The notes below the pieces were generated by a model, which saw nothing but the letters and a program-made list of their open reading frames with translations, searched no databases and was not told where the DNA came from. A stretch of 56,966 nt of DNA, counting the filler, from Fonticula-like sp. SCN 57-25 (taxonomy: Eukaryota): the NCBI GenBank assembly GCA_001724245.1. It is 4 parts of 4 records of this genome, joined end to end, with 100 filler letters (N's around TTAATTAATTAA, not from the genome) between each part and the next. Parts side by side here need not be neighbours in the genome. Positions count along the whole stretch, not along the records: positions 43,101 to 56,966 come from MEDX01000180.1; 3 more parts are not named here. One strand, written 5' to 3'. Shown here piece after piece: positions 48,555 through 56,646 of the stretch (position 1 is the stretch's first letter; each line of letters begins with the position of its first letter). The translations under genes and the position numbers were made by a program.

Positions 48555-50576
48555 ATGGAGAAAAACAGCGTACAACGAGTGGGTCGTAAAAACAACGATA
48601 AGCCGAGCCCCTATCAACACGACGAAAGCGACGAGCAAGGCGATGACGAAAAGCACCACCATCATCACAGCAGTGACACTGACAGCAGTGACACCGAGAG
48701 CGATCACTCAGAATCGGAGAAAGAGGCCAAGAGAGAGAAAAGAAGACGACGCTGCAAAAAGGTCCTGGGTTGGATGAAGAACAACAAAGTCCTCCTCCTT
48801 TTCGGTCTCATGCTACTCATCCTCATCGGTCTGGGTGTGGGTGCATACTACATTATCAGCGAAGTGTTGAGTTACGCACTCTTATTGACCGATTGCAGCA
48901 TTTATGCTAACAGTACGACGGTCCCTCAAAAATGCCCCAACGGTCGAGAATTCTGGGCTAGTTTGTGCCACCTTCCCTGTCCACCCGGATTCTATCACAC
49001 CGCCTCGTGCACGTGCACCAAGGGAGCCATCGTCACGGACTGCGAAAAATACGGTGTTTCCACGGGACCACCCATGATTTGTAAACCCTTCAACGGAAAA
49101 GCCAGGGAATACTACGCCGGAGGTTGTTACGACGCGTGTGACCCCGGCACTCAAAGATCCGCAGCATGCACGTGCGTCAGTGGCACGACCATCACCAACT
49201 GCACCCGATTCGGAGCCGTCGGCATACCGAGAGACTGTGGTTCGAGAGAACTATACGGCACCTCTTGCCTCACGCCGTGCCCGTCCGGATACACTCGCGC
49301 GGACATTTGTGCGTGCTACAGGGGATCCGTCGTGACCGACTGCGGAAAATACGGCTCTTCGGACCTTCCCAACGTTTGCCCTAGCTACAAGGAGTACTAC
49401 GGTTTGGGATGCTTCAACAAGTGCCCCAGCGGTTACTCACGAACTGCAGCCTGCACGTGTCAAAGAGGTTCTACCACCATCAACTGTATCAACTATGGTA
49501 TTCGATCGCCCTTGCGTTGCCCTCCCGGAAAAGTGTACGCCGGAGGACTTTGTTACGACCCTTGTCCAAACGGCGGCACTAGAACTGCCGTGTGCACGTG
49601 TCAATGGGATGGACTCATCAAGCCTTCTCCCAAGCTCGGAGATTGTTTGCCCGGAACCTATGACATTGCCAGTCTCTGCTATACACAAAATGGCCCTCTC
49701 ACCAGTTGCTATCATTTTGGTTCGAGCGTCAGCCTTCCCTCCGTGTGCAATCCAGACGAAGAACTCTACGCCAGTGCTTGCTACGCAAAGTGTCCCAGCG
49801 GACAACCCAGATCTTCTGCATGCGGTTGCGGCAAGGTCGATGTGATAACCAACTGTTTCCTTTACGGAAATGCCACTTACACGGGACCCGAGGGACCCAA
49901 ATGTGCCGCCGGTTCCGAATACTTTGGTGGTATTTGCTACAAAAGCCCTTGCCCGTCCGGACAGCCTAGAACGGCTTCCTGCACTTGCGACAACCTGCAA
50001 CGATTGCAAGATTGCTCTTTGTACTCGAACGCGGCTAGCGTCGGTTTCCCCGGAGGACCTGCGTGCGGACCCAACGAAGAATACTACGCGGGACTATGCT
50101 ACAGCAAATGCCCTCCCGATCTCCCCAGAACTGCGGCTTGCACGTGCGACAGTTTCAAGATTGTCACCGATTGCAGCCGTTACGGAAACGGAATTATTCC
50201 CGGCTTCCCCGGTGGACCAGAGTGCAAAGAAGGTGAAGATTTACACGGTGGTGTCTGCTACAAGGCTGCGTGTCCATCTCACCAGAACAGAACGGCCGCG
50301 TGCACTTGCGACGACTACAAGACGGAAACAAATTGCAAAGATTTTGGTGACGGTAGAAGTTTGCTCGATCCGGAACGATTGGGTCCTCAATGCGAGGATG
50401 ACGAAGATTACATGCTCGGTTTGTGTTACAGAACGAAATGCCCGGAGGGTTACACTCGCTCAGCCGCTTGCACGTGCCAAAGAAACGAAGAACCCGACAC
50501 CACTGCGATACTCAAAATTATGTACGAGTATGTCTTTGGTGGAGGGTCACAGACCATTACTTCACTAGTGCTGTAA
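48555..50576 (+). CDS. Type II membrane protein with 10 six-cysteine repeats (paralogue A)
   Basis: His/acidic/basic cytosolic tail, TM VLLLFGLMLLILIGLGVGAYYII, repeats TDC..YG...P..C...E.YxG.CY..CP.G..RTAACTC, N-glycosylation sequons (NST, NCT, NAT, NRT). Confidence 0.85.
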   Translation: MEKNSVQRVGRKNNDKPSPYQHDESDEQGDDEKHHHHHSSDTDSSDTESDHSESEKEAKREKRRRRCKKVLGWMKNNKVLLLFGLMLLILIGLGVGAYYIISEVLSYALLLTDCSIYANSTTVPQKCPNGREFWASLCHLPCPPGFYHTASCTCTKGAIVTDCEKYGVSTGPPMICKPFNGKAREYYAGGCYDACDPGTQRSAACTCVSGTTITNCTRFGAVGIPRDCGSRELYGTSCLTPCPSGYTRADICACYRGSVVTDCGKYGSSDLPNVCPSYKEYYGLGCFNKCPSGYSRTAACTCQRGSTTINCINYGIRSPLRCPPGKVYAGGLCYDPCPNGGTRTAVCTCQWDGLIKPSPKLGDCLPGTYDIASLCYTQNGPLTSCYHFGSSVSLPSVCNPDEELYASACYAKCPSGQPRSSACGCGKVDVITNCFLYGNATYTGPEGPKCAAGSEYFGGICYKSPCPSGQPRTASCTCDNLQRLQDCSLYSNAASVGFPGGPACGPNEEYYAGLCYSKCPPDLPRTAACTCDSFKIVTDCSRYGNGIIPGFPGGPECKEGEDLHGGVCYKAACPSHQNRTAACTCDDYKTETNCKDFGDGRSLLDPERLGPQCEDDEDYMLGLCYRTKCPEGYTRSAACTCQRNEEPDTTAILKIMYEYVFGGGSQTITSLVL

Positions 50577-50668
50577 TAAATCTTTTTTTGAATGCTAACC
50601 ACTACATTTGCAACGCGTTCTTTTATTATCAACAAACAAAAAGAACCTCAATTTGTATTCAGAAAGAA

Positions 50669-51163
50669 ATGGGCAAAAGTCATTACGGCACTCATTTTTC
50701 TTATCTCGCTTTGGCGGTCGTTGCGTACTACGCCTACGACTACTACACGTGGAGCGTACAAATTCCCCACCCTCCCGTGATTTGTGGCTACGGTACAGAA
50801 TTTTACAAAGGAGATTGTCTTCAACGTTGCCCCGATACTTTTAAGAGAAGTGGCCCTTGCAACTGTACTCGACTCACTATCGAAACCAATTGTGAGGCAT
50901 ACGGTGTGCGACAACAACCCAAAGACGGTGGATGTCCAGAAGGAATGGAATTGTTTGCCGACATGTGTGGACCCAAATGTCCAGGTGATATGATCAGAGA
51001 GGCCCCGTGCACGTGCACGAGAGTGGAGAAATTGGACAGTTGTGAAATGTACGGCCAACAAAAAGGGCTTATCAGACACACGCCTCAATGTGGTGCAAAG
51101 GAGTACATGTCGGATAAACGCTTGTGCTTCAAAAAGTACATGCCTTTTGGCGTGGAGATCTAA
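50669..51163 (+). CDS. Short membrane-anchored Cys-repeat protein (paralogue B, ~2.5 repeats)
   Basis: Hydrophobic FSYLALAVVAYYAY, then C......GDC...CP..FKRSGPCNC..TNC..YG..C...CGPKCP...REAPCTC. Confidence 0.8.
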   Translation: MGKSHYGTHFSYLALAVVAYYAYDYYTWSVQIPHPPVICGYGTEFYKGDCLQRCPDTFKRSGPCNCTRLTIETNCEAYGVRQQPKDGGCPEGMELFADMCGPKCPGDMIREAPCTCTRVEKLDSCEMYGQQKGLIRHTPQCGAKEYMSDKRLCFKKYMPFGVEI

Positions 51164-51296
51164 TAAACTTTTTTTTTAATCAACTCTGTTTGATGCCATT
51201 TTTTTTTGATTTTCCGTTCAGCAATATTGCACACTTTTTGTAAATATTTACAAGCGCTTCGCGTCGGTACGAAAAGGAGAAAGGTATCCGCACACC

Positions 51297-54245
51297 ATGA
51301 GCGAACTTTCGCTTTTGAAGCCCCTTTTTTCCTTCAAGTCGACGGATGCAAAGGACCCCAATCGAAAGAATAAGAACAAGGGAAACAACTCTTCTTTCCA
51401 TCACGAAAGTCACACCCAAAATGGTAGTACCCACAACCATCAACACGTACACGTCGGTAAAGACATACACATAAACTCTGGACACGGAGGTGGACACGCT
51501 CACGGTGGCAAGAGCAAGAGCAAGGGTATGGGAAAGAGCAAGAGCAAGTCCAAATATGGAGGCAGAAGAGATAACATGGACGGTGACGACGGCTACAACA
51601 ACAGCAACAATTACAATAACTACGATCCCAACAACCCCAATAACCAACAACAACAAAACCCAGCATGCTCTCCTTGCACCAGATATATGCTTATTGCCAT
51701 GATCATCATGATCGTATTAGGTGTGGCAATCATCCTCATTTTCTACGGTATCAAAGCCGCGTGGCTCGACAAAGGAGCTCTAGAAAATTGTGCGCGTTAC
51801 AACCGTCTCGGCAGCGGTTTGCTACCCATAGACTGTTCGAGAGGGCAGCGGCAGTACTTTGCCAGTACTTGTCTGTTGTCTTGTCCCGATGGTTATAATC
51901 ACACGGCAACGTGTACGTGCGAAAGGGGATCGACGGATACAGATTGTACCAAATGGGGTACATCTTCCGCCCCGGACGTGTGCCCACCAGGAAGAGATTT
52001 GTACGGATCCAGGTGCTACACCGGATGTCCTCAAGGAACCACGAGAACTGCCATGTGCACTTGTCAATCGGGGAGCATCAAAACCGATTGCAACCAATTT
52101 AACGTGGCGAGTTCTACCCCAAAGAAGTGCCCCAACGGAAGAGAGTTCATCGACGGTCTGTGCTACAAACCTTGCCCCGTGGGTTCGAAGAGAACCGCAT
52201 CGTGCACTTGCGAGACCGGCTCGCTGGATTACAACTGCGACGTTTACAACCAAGAGAGTTACATCCCCTCCAAATGCCCCAGCGGAAAGGACTACTACGG
52301 ACTCACGTGCGTTCTCGCGTGCCCTGCGGGTTACAACAGAACCGCAGCTTGCACTTGCGAGTACGGTACCAGCGTCACCGAATGCAGTGCTTTCGGTATG
52401 CAACAGTCGTATGCTTGTCCTACCTCAAAACAAGAATCCGGTGGTTTGTGCTACACCCCTTGCCCTTACAACGGAAAGAGAACCGCCGCTTGCACGTGCT
52501 ACTACGGAGATAGCCAATGGACGACCACAACCCCCAGCACAACGTGCGACTCCGCATGGAAGTACTTTGACGGTGGCGCACAATGTTTCTATCCCTGCGG
52601 TATGGTCAGCTCTCCATCGCAGTTGAACGGTGGCGCCTCGGTTCAAGCGACCGTTCAATGTTCTGCAACTTCCGGTTACCCAGTTCAGGGTAGCGATTCG
52701 CTCTGCTGGCAAAACTACTGCCCCAACGGCGGTAGCAGAGGAGGCCCATGGACGTGCACTTACGGTGGCGTCGAGCAATCTATCCCAGCAACTTGGGGAT
52801 GCCCTTCCAACACTATTCCCACTTGCGGTCAACCTTCAAACTGTCAAGAACCCAACGGAGTCGTTATATCTTACACGGACAAGTGCGCTACGTGGAGCAC
52901 AAACTCGCGTGGTGTGTACTCGTGGTACCTGGCAGTTGGTATCGGTTTGCCCTGCCCCTCTGGTATGGTTCGTGGAGTGGACGAAAAATCGGGATGCTAT
53001 TCCCCGTGCCCAGTCTTTGGTGGTGTCTCCGGAGTGCGCTTGGATCAACAAAGATGTCGATACGGTAGTAATACCGGTATTGCACCTTACTATCAGGCCA
53101 CCAAACAATGCCCTTGGGACTACCCGATCAATCCTCCTTACACAGCTCAGTCGGGATTCAATTTTGGATGCTACAAGTACTCGGGACCTCTCACGTTCAT
53201 CGGATACAACGATTTCAACGGCGGTTCTTCAATCGCAGGAACTCTTTTGTGCCCTTCCGATAAGCCTTACCGCGTCCTCACTACATGCTACACCAACGGT
53301 TGCCCTACGAATCCTGAAGGAAAACCGGGTACGCGAGAGGGCCCCGTCACGTGTTCGTGGAATTGCAACAAGTCTCCCAATCCCATCGCACCCACCTACA
53401 ACTGTCCCGGAAATTATCCTATTCTCTACGATGGCCTCTGCCATACTGTAGAGGGTACTCAAACCAGCTGCATTGCCATGAACGGTGGTGTGGGTACGCT
53501 TCCAGACTCTTGTCCTGCCGGTATGGAAGACTACGCGTCCGCATGCTACGGAAAATGCGCACCGGGTACATCGCGAGCTGGAGCGTGCACGTGTCAAAAC
53601 AAGGATTACATTACCGATTGCACTCTATTCGGACAACCATCGGACTCTCCCGTCTGCGACGAGCAATCCGACAACTTTGGTGGTATTTGCTACAAGAACA
53701 AGTGCCCACCCGGAAAGAAGAGAACGGGAGCTTGCACGTGCGACGACAGGGCGCTCATAACCGATTGCGCCAAGTTTGCCGACGCGAGAGGACCCGACGA
53801 CCCCGAAGGACCCAAGTGCGAAGACGACGAGGACTACTTTGGAGGATTTTGCTACAAGCCCAAGTGCCCACCGGGTTCGAAGAGAACGGGTGCTTGCACG
53901 TGCGACGATTTGAAGGTCGACACCAACTGTACGCTGTACGGCGACTACAAGGATATTGGAGACCCTCTGGGACCAAAATGCAGTGGAAGCAAAGACCTCT
54001 GGGGTCTCGTGTGTTACGATCAAGCTTGCCCGAACAACAAGGCGCGAACTGCCTCTTGTACGTGCGACAATTACTCTGTTTTGACGGATTGCGACAAGTA
54101 CGGCGATCCAAAGATGATCGGAGATACCGCCGGCTTGGGACCTCAATGTTTGCCCGGTTACGATTGGGTCGGTGGACTTTGTTATACCGAACCTTGTCCT
54201 CCTGGTTACACGAGAAGAGATATATGCGCATGCGTAAAAGATTAA
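51297..54245 (+). CDS. Type II membrane protein with 5+5 six-cysteine repeats and a ~290-aa central insert (paralogue C)
   Basis: His/Gly/Lys/Asn-rich tail, TM YMLIAMIIMIVLGVAIILIFYGI, the same repeat as paralogue A, and a divergent G/S/aromatic-rich middle. Confidence 0.85.
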   Translation: MSELSLLKPLFSFKSTDAKDPNRKNKNKGNNSSFHHESHTQNGSTHNHQHVHVGKDIHINSGHGGGHAHGGKSKSKGMGKSKSKSKYGGRRDNMDGDDGYNNSNNYNNYDPNNPNNQQQQNPACSPCTRYMLIAMIIMIVLGVAIILIFYGIKAAWLDKGALENCARYNRLGSGLLPIDCSRGQRQYFASTCLLSCPDGYNHTATCTCERGSTDTDCTKWGTSSAPDVCPPGRDLYGSRCYTGCPQGTTRTAMCTCQSGSIKTDCNQFNVASSTPKKCPNGREFIDGLCYKPCPVGSKRTASCTCETGSLDYNCDVYNQESYIPSKCPSGKDYYGLTCVLACPAGYNRTAACTCEYGTSVTECSAFGMQQSYACPTSKQESGGLCYTPCPYNGKRTAACTCYYGDSQWTTTTPSTTCDSAWKYFDGGAQCFYPCGMVSSPSQLNGGASVQATVQCSATSGYPVQGSDSLCWQNYCPNGGSRGGPWTCTYGGVEQSIPATWGCPSNTIPTCGQPSNCQEPNGVVISYTDKCATWSTNSRGVYSWYLAVGIGLPCPSGMVRGVDEKSGCYSPCPVFGGVSGVRLDQQRCRYGSNTGIAPYYQATKQCPWDYPINPPYTAQSGFNFGCYKYSGPLTFIGYNDFNGGSSIAGTLLCPSDKPYRVLTTCYTNGCPTNPEGKPGTREGPVTCSWNCNKSPNPIAPTYNCPGNYPILYDGLCHTVEGTQTSCIAMNGGVGTLPDSCPAGMEDYASACYGKCAPGTSRAGACTCQNKDYITDCTLFGQPSDSPVCDEQSDNFGGICYKNKCPPGKKRTGACTCDDRALITDCAKFADARGPDDPEGPKCEDDEDYFGGFCYKPKCPPGSKRTGACTCDDLKVDTNCTLYGDYKDIGDPLGPKCSGSKDLWGLVCYDQACPNNKARTASCTCDNYSVLTDCDKYGDPKMIGDTAGLGPQCLPGYDWVGGLCYTEPCPPGYTRRDICACVKD

Positions 54246-54407
54246 TCTGCGCCACAAACGAAAAAAAAAACACCCCCCATCTGTAATATTTTTTTTTACT
54301 TCCTATCGTCAATGGAATAAATCACTTTTTTTTGTAATGTAGTCAAAATTCGAGACCCTCTTTCGCGTGATCGTAACAAACACGGTCTAATTTACCAAAC
54401 CCATACC

Positions 54408-54902
54408 ATGAAGAAGATTATCGTAACCTTATTACTCGCCATCGTGGCGTTAGCCGCGTGCGAAGAACTCGTACAAACCCAAGAATTGCCAGACCAATCT
54501 GACTATATGGATCCCGATAACATGTGGATCTATTGGAGAGATGGCATCGAAATTGATAGAACCGGCATTGTCAGAGACTGCGATTTATATGGCAAGACCG
54601 CCAATCGTCCTTCTGTTTGCCCCCAAGGAAGAGAGCTTTTCCAAGAGTGGTGCGTGATCAAGTGTCCCGCTACATTTACTAGAATTGCTCCTTGTGCTTG
54701 CAGATCCCCCAGCGGTGAATTATTCGACGATTGTGCCACTTACGGAGACGCACGTGCCATCGGCATGCCCGACGGTCCCATTTGCAAAGAGACCGAAGAC
54801 GAGTTTACCGGATTCTGTCACTCTCCCAAGTGCGAAGAAAATCAAATCCGTTTCGATGGATGCTCGTGCGCTCGTTACAGACGGGTTAAGAAGATTGAAT
54901 AG
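54408..54902 (+). CDS. Secreted Cys-repeat protein (paralogue D, 2 repeats)
   Basis: Signal peptide MKKIIVTLLLAIVALAAC; RDCDLYG..PSVCPQGRELF..WC..KCP..FTRIAPCAC and DDCATYG..GPIC....FTGFC.SPKC....RFDGCSC. Confidence 0.82.
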   Translation: MKKIIVTLLLAIVALAACEELVQTQELPDQSDYMDPDNMWIYWRDGIEIDRTGIVRDCDLYGKTANRPSVCPQGRELFQEWCVIKCPATFTRIAPCACRSPSGELFDDCATYGDARAIGMPDGPICKETEDEFTGFCHSPKCEENQIRFDGCSCARYRRVKKIE

Positions 54903-55083
54903 AAGAAGTGCTTCCATTTTTGGACATTTTCCGAAGTTCGTAAAATAAAAAACGTTTTTAATTTTTTCCCCCAAAAAACTTTATTTTCGGGTATTCTAGC
55001 CGGCCGAAAACATTTAAATTCGAGTTTTCGGCACTTGACGGTTCATTCCAAAATTTCTCCACAACGCAACAGCACAAAAGAAC

Positions 55084-55956
55084 ATGACAACGATGACCAC
55101 CACTAGAGCAACCACCTCCGAGATTGACTACAGACTCTGCAGGAATTCGGTCGAACACGAAAGCAAACGCCCCGAAGGTGATCCCAAGAAGCACTCCGAC
55201 GTGTACAACCGCATAAGACTATGCAAAGACTATTACAAGGGCTACTTGGAAAACTTGTTCATGAGCGGCCACAATATGGTGTGGAACGGCATGTTCGACT
55301 ACAGTCAAAAGGAGTTATTGGAAGAGATTTTGCCCCAATTACCCAAGGCCATTTCGACACAGGACGCCGACGCACAACGCGACGGCTACGTTTACAGCGA
55401 AGATAGCGATGAAGATGAATCGGAATCGGAATCGTCTTCTCAAATCAATTCCAATATCGAGTCCTATATCATGGAGGCGCTCCGACGCATTCCCTTGAGA
55501 ACCCACTCTCATCGCAACAGCAAGCAGTCTCTCATAGATAAATACATACCAATTCTCCCCCTCGAAAAGGCCATGCAAAGTGCAGAGCGCGACATGGCCT
55601 ACGAATCCATGACGATTGCAGATGACACCAACAAAGTCGGTGGCTACTTGCGCGTCTCCGTTTACAACAACGTCAAGGCCAGAATTGGTGTCAAGGATCC
55701 CTTCAATAACTTGTGCATAACATCGGGAACGCCGATTCCTTATTGCGTGGCCGTCGAATCTGCCATCGAAAACCCACACGCCGGTGAATTCGATAATTGC
55801 GACGACACCATATACCACGTTATTTTCATGGACGAATCGTTCAACAGGATAGTGCGCATCCGTGCCGAGGAACCTCAAGATTGTAATTCCTTTGAAGGAG
55901 TCGAACTCGATGGAGACTCGAACGACAATGACAATTCAGAGCCCATGGACGAATAA
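55084..55956 (+). CDS. Hypothetical viral protein (290 aa)
   Basis: Uninterrupted ATG ORF with coding-like composition, flanked by AT-rich spacers; no recognisable motif. Confidence 0.7.
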   Translation: MTTMTTTRATTSEIDYRLCRNSVEHESKRPEGDPKKHSDVYNRIRLCKDYYKGYLENLFMSGHNMVWNGMFDYSQKELLEEILPQLPKAISTQDADAQRDGYVYSEDSDEDESESESSSQINSNIESYIMEALRRIPLRTHSHRNSKQSLIDKYIPILPLEKAMQSAERDMAYESMTIADDTNKVGGYLRVSVYNNVKARIGVKDPFNNLCITSGTPIPYCVAVESAIENPHAGEFDNCDDTIYHVIFMDESFNRIVRIRAEEPQDCNSFEGVELDGDSNDNDNSEPMDE

Positions 55957-56034
55957 TAACCATTCATTTTTTTTAATAATTCTATGCACTTTTTTAAATG
56001 TCACGCTTCATCACCAATAAACCAAACGATTATC

Positions 56035-56622
56035 ATGGATTACTCTTCGGATTACGTGACGCCCGTTCACATTGTCAATTTGGCGATCAGCGTCGCTGCG
56101 GGTTACGTGTCTTTGGTTCTATCGCAAAAGATTATAGAAGAGTACCCCGGTAACATTATACTGGGGTTAATATGGCCCGGAATCACTTTGATATGGTTCT
56201 TCGTGGACAGGTTCTTCAAAACGAACATCATTTCGAAGATTAAGAACAGAGTGTGGAAAAACTTGTGGCACTGCTTGCTCAACTTTGTGACTATCAACTT
56301 GGTGATCATTTCGTTCAATTACTGGCTCGATATTGTCAAGAGACTGTACGGGTTGACAGCCATTCCACCTTACAACCTTTTTGTGATCGTGGTGATAGGA
56401 ATCACGTTTTTATTTTACATTTTCCAAGGAGCTTACATGAAGAAGCGCAAGGACATTGTATGCATCAAGAGAGTGTTGGAAATGGTGCTCTACCACAATT
56501 GTGCCATTAACCTATCCAATACGGACAAAGCAACCCTTTGTCTCAACGAGATAAACGAAGAACTGAGAAGTTACAAACGAGAGGAAAACAAATCGCAAGG
56601 TGTACACAAGAGAAAGAAATAA
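56035..56622 (+). CDS. Hypothetical viral multi-pass membrane protein (~4 TM)
   Basis: Four hydrophobic segments (IVNLAISVAAGYVSLVL, IILGLIWPGITLIWFFV, LLNFVTINLVIISFNYWL, LFVIVVIGITFLFYIF) and a basic C-tail. Confidence 0.72.
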   Translation: MDYSSDYVTPVHIVNLAISVAAGYVSLVLSQKIIEEYPGNIILGLIWPGITLIWFFVDRFFKTNIISKIKNRVWKNLWHCLLNFVTINLVIISFNYWLDIVKRLYGLTAIPPYNLFVIVVIGITFLFYIFQGAYMKKRKDIVCIKRVLEMVLYHNCAINLSNTDKATLCLNEINEELRSYKREENKSQGVHKRKK

Positions 56623-56646
56623 AAAAGGGAGGGATTCGACACTCTT

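Noticed and set aside
48888-54245. Recurrent TGCACGTGC palindromes as E-boxes or a DNA-level repeat, or a diversity-generating retroelement acting on the Cys repeats
   Set aside because: The motif is simply the Cys-Thr-Cys codons. Repeats are diverged at the DNA level, and I saw no template/variable repeat pair or reverse transcriptase in the window.
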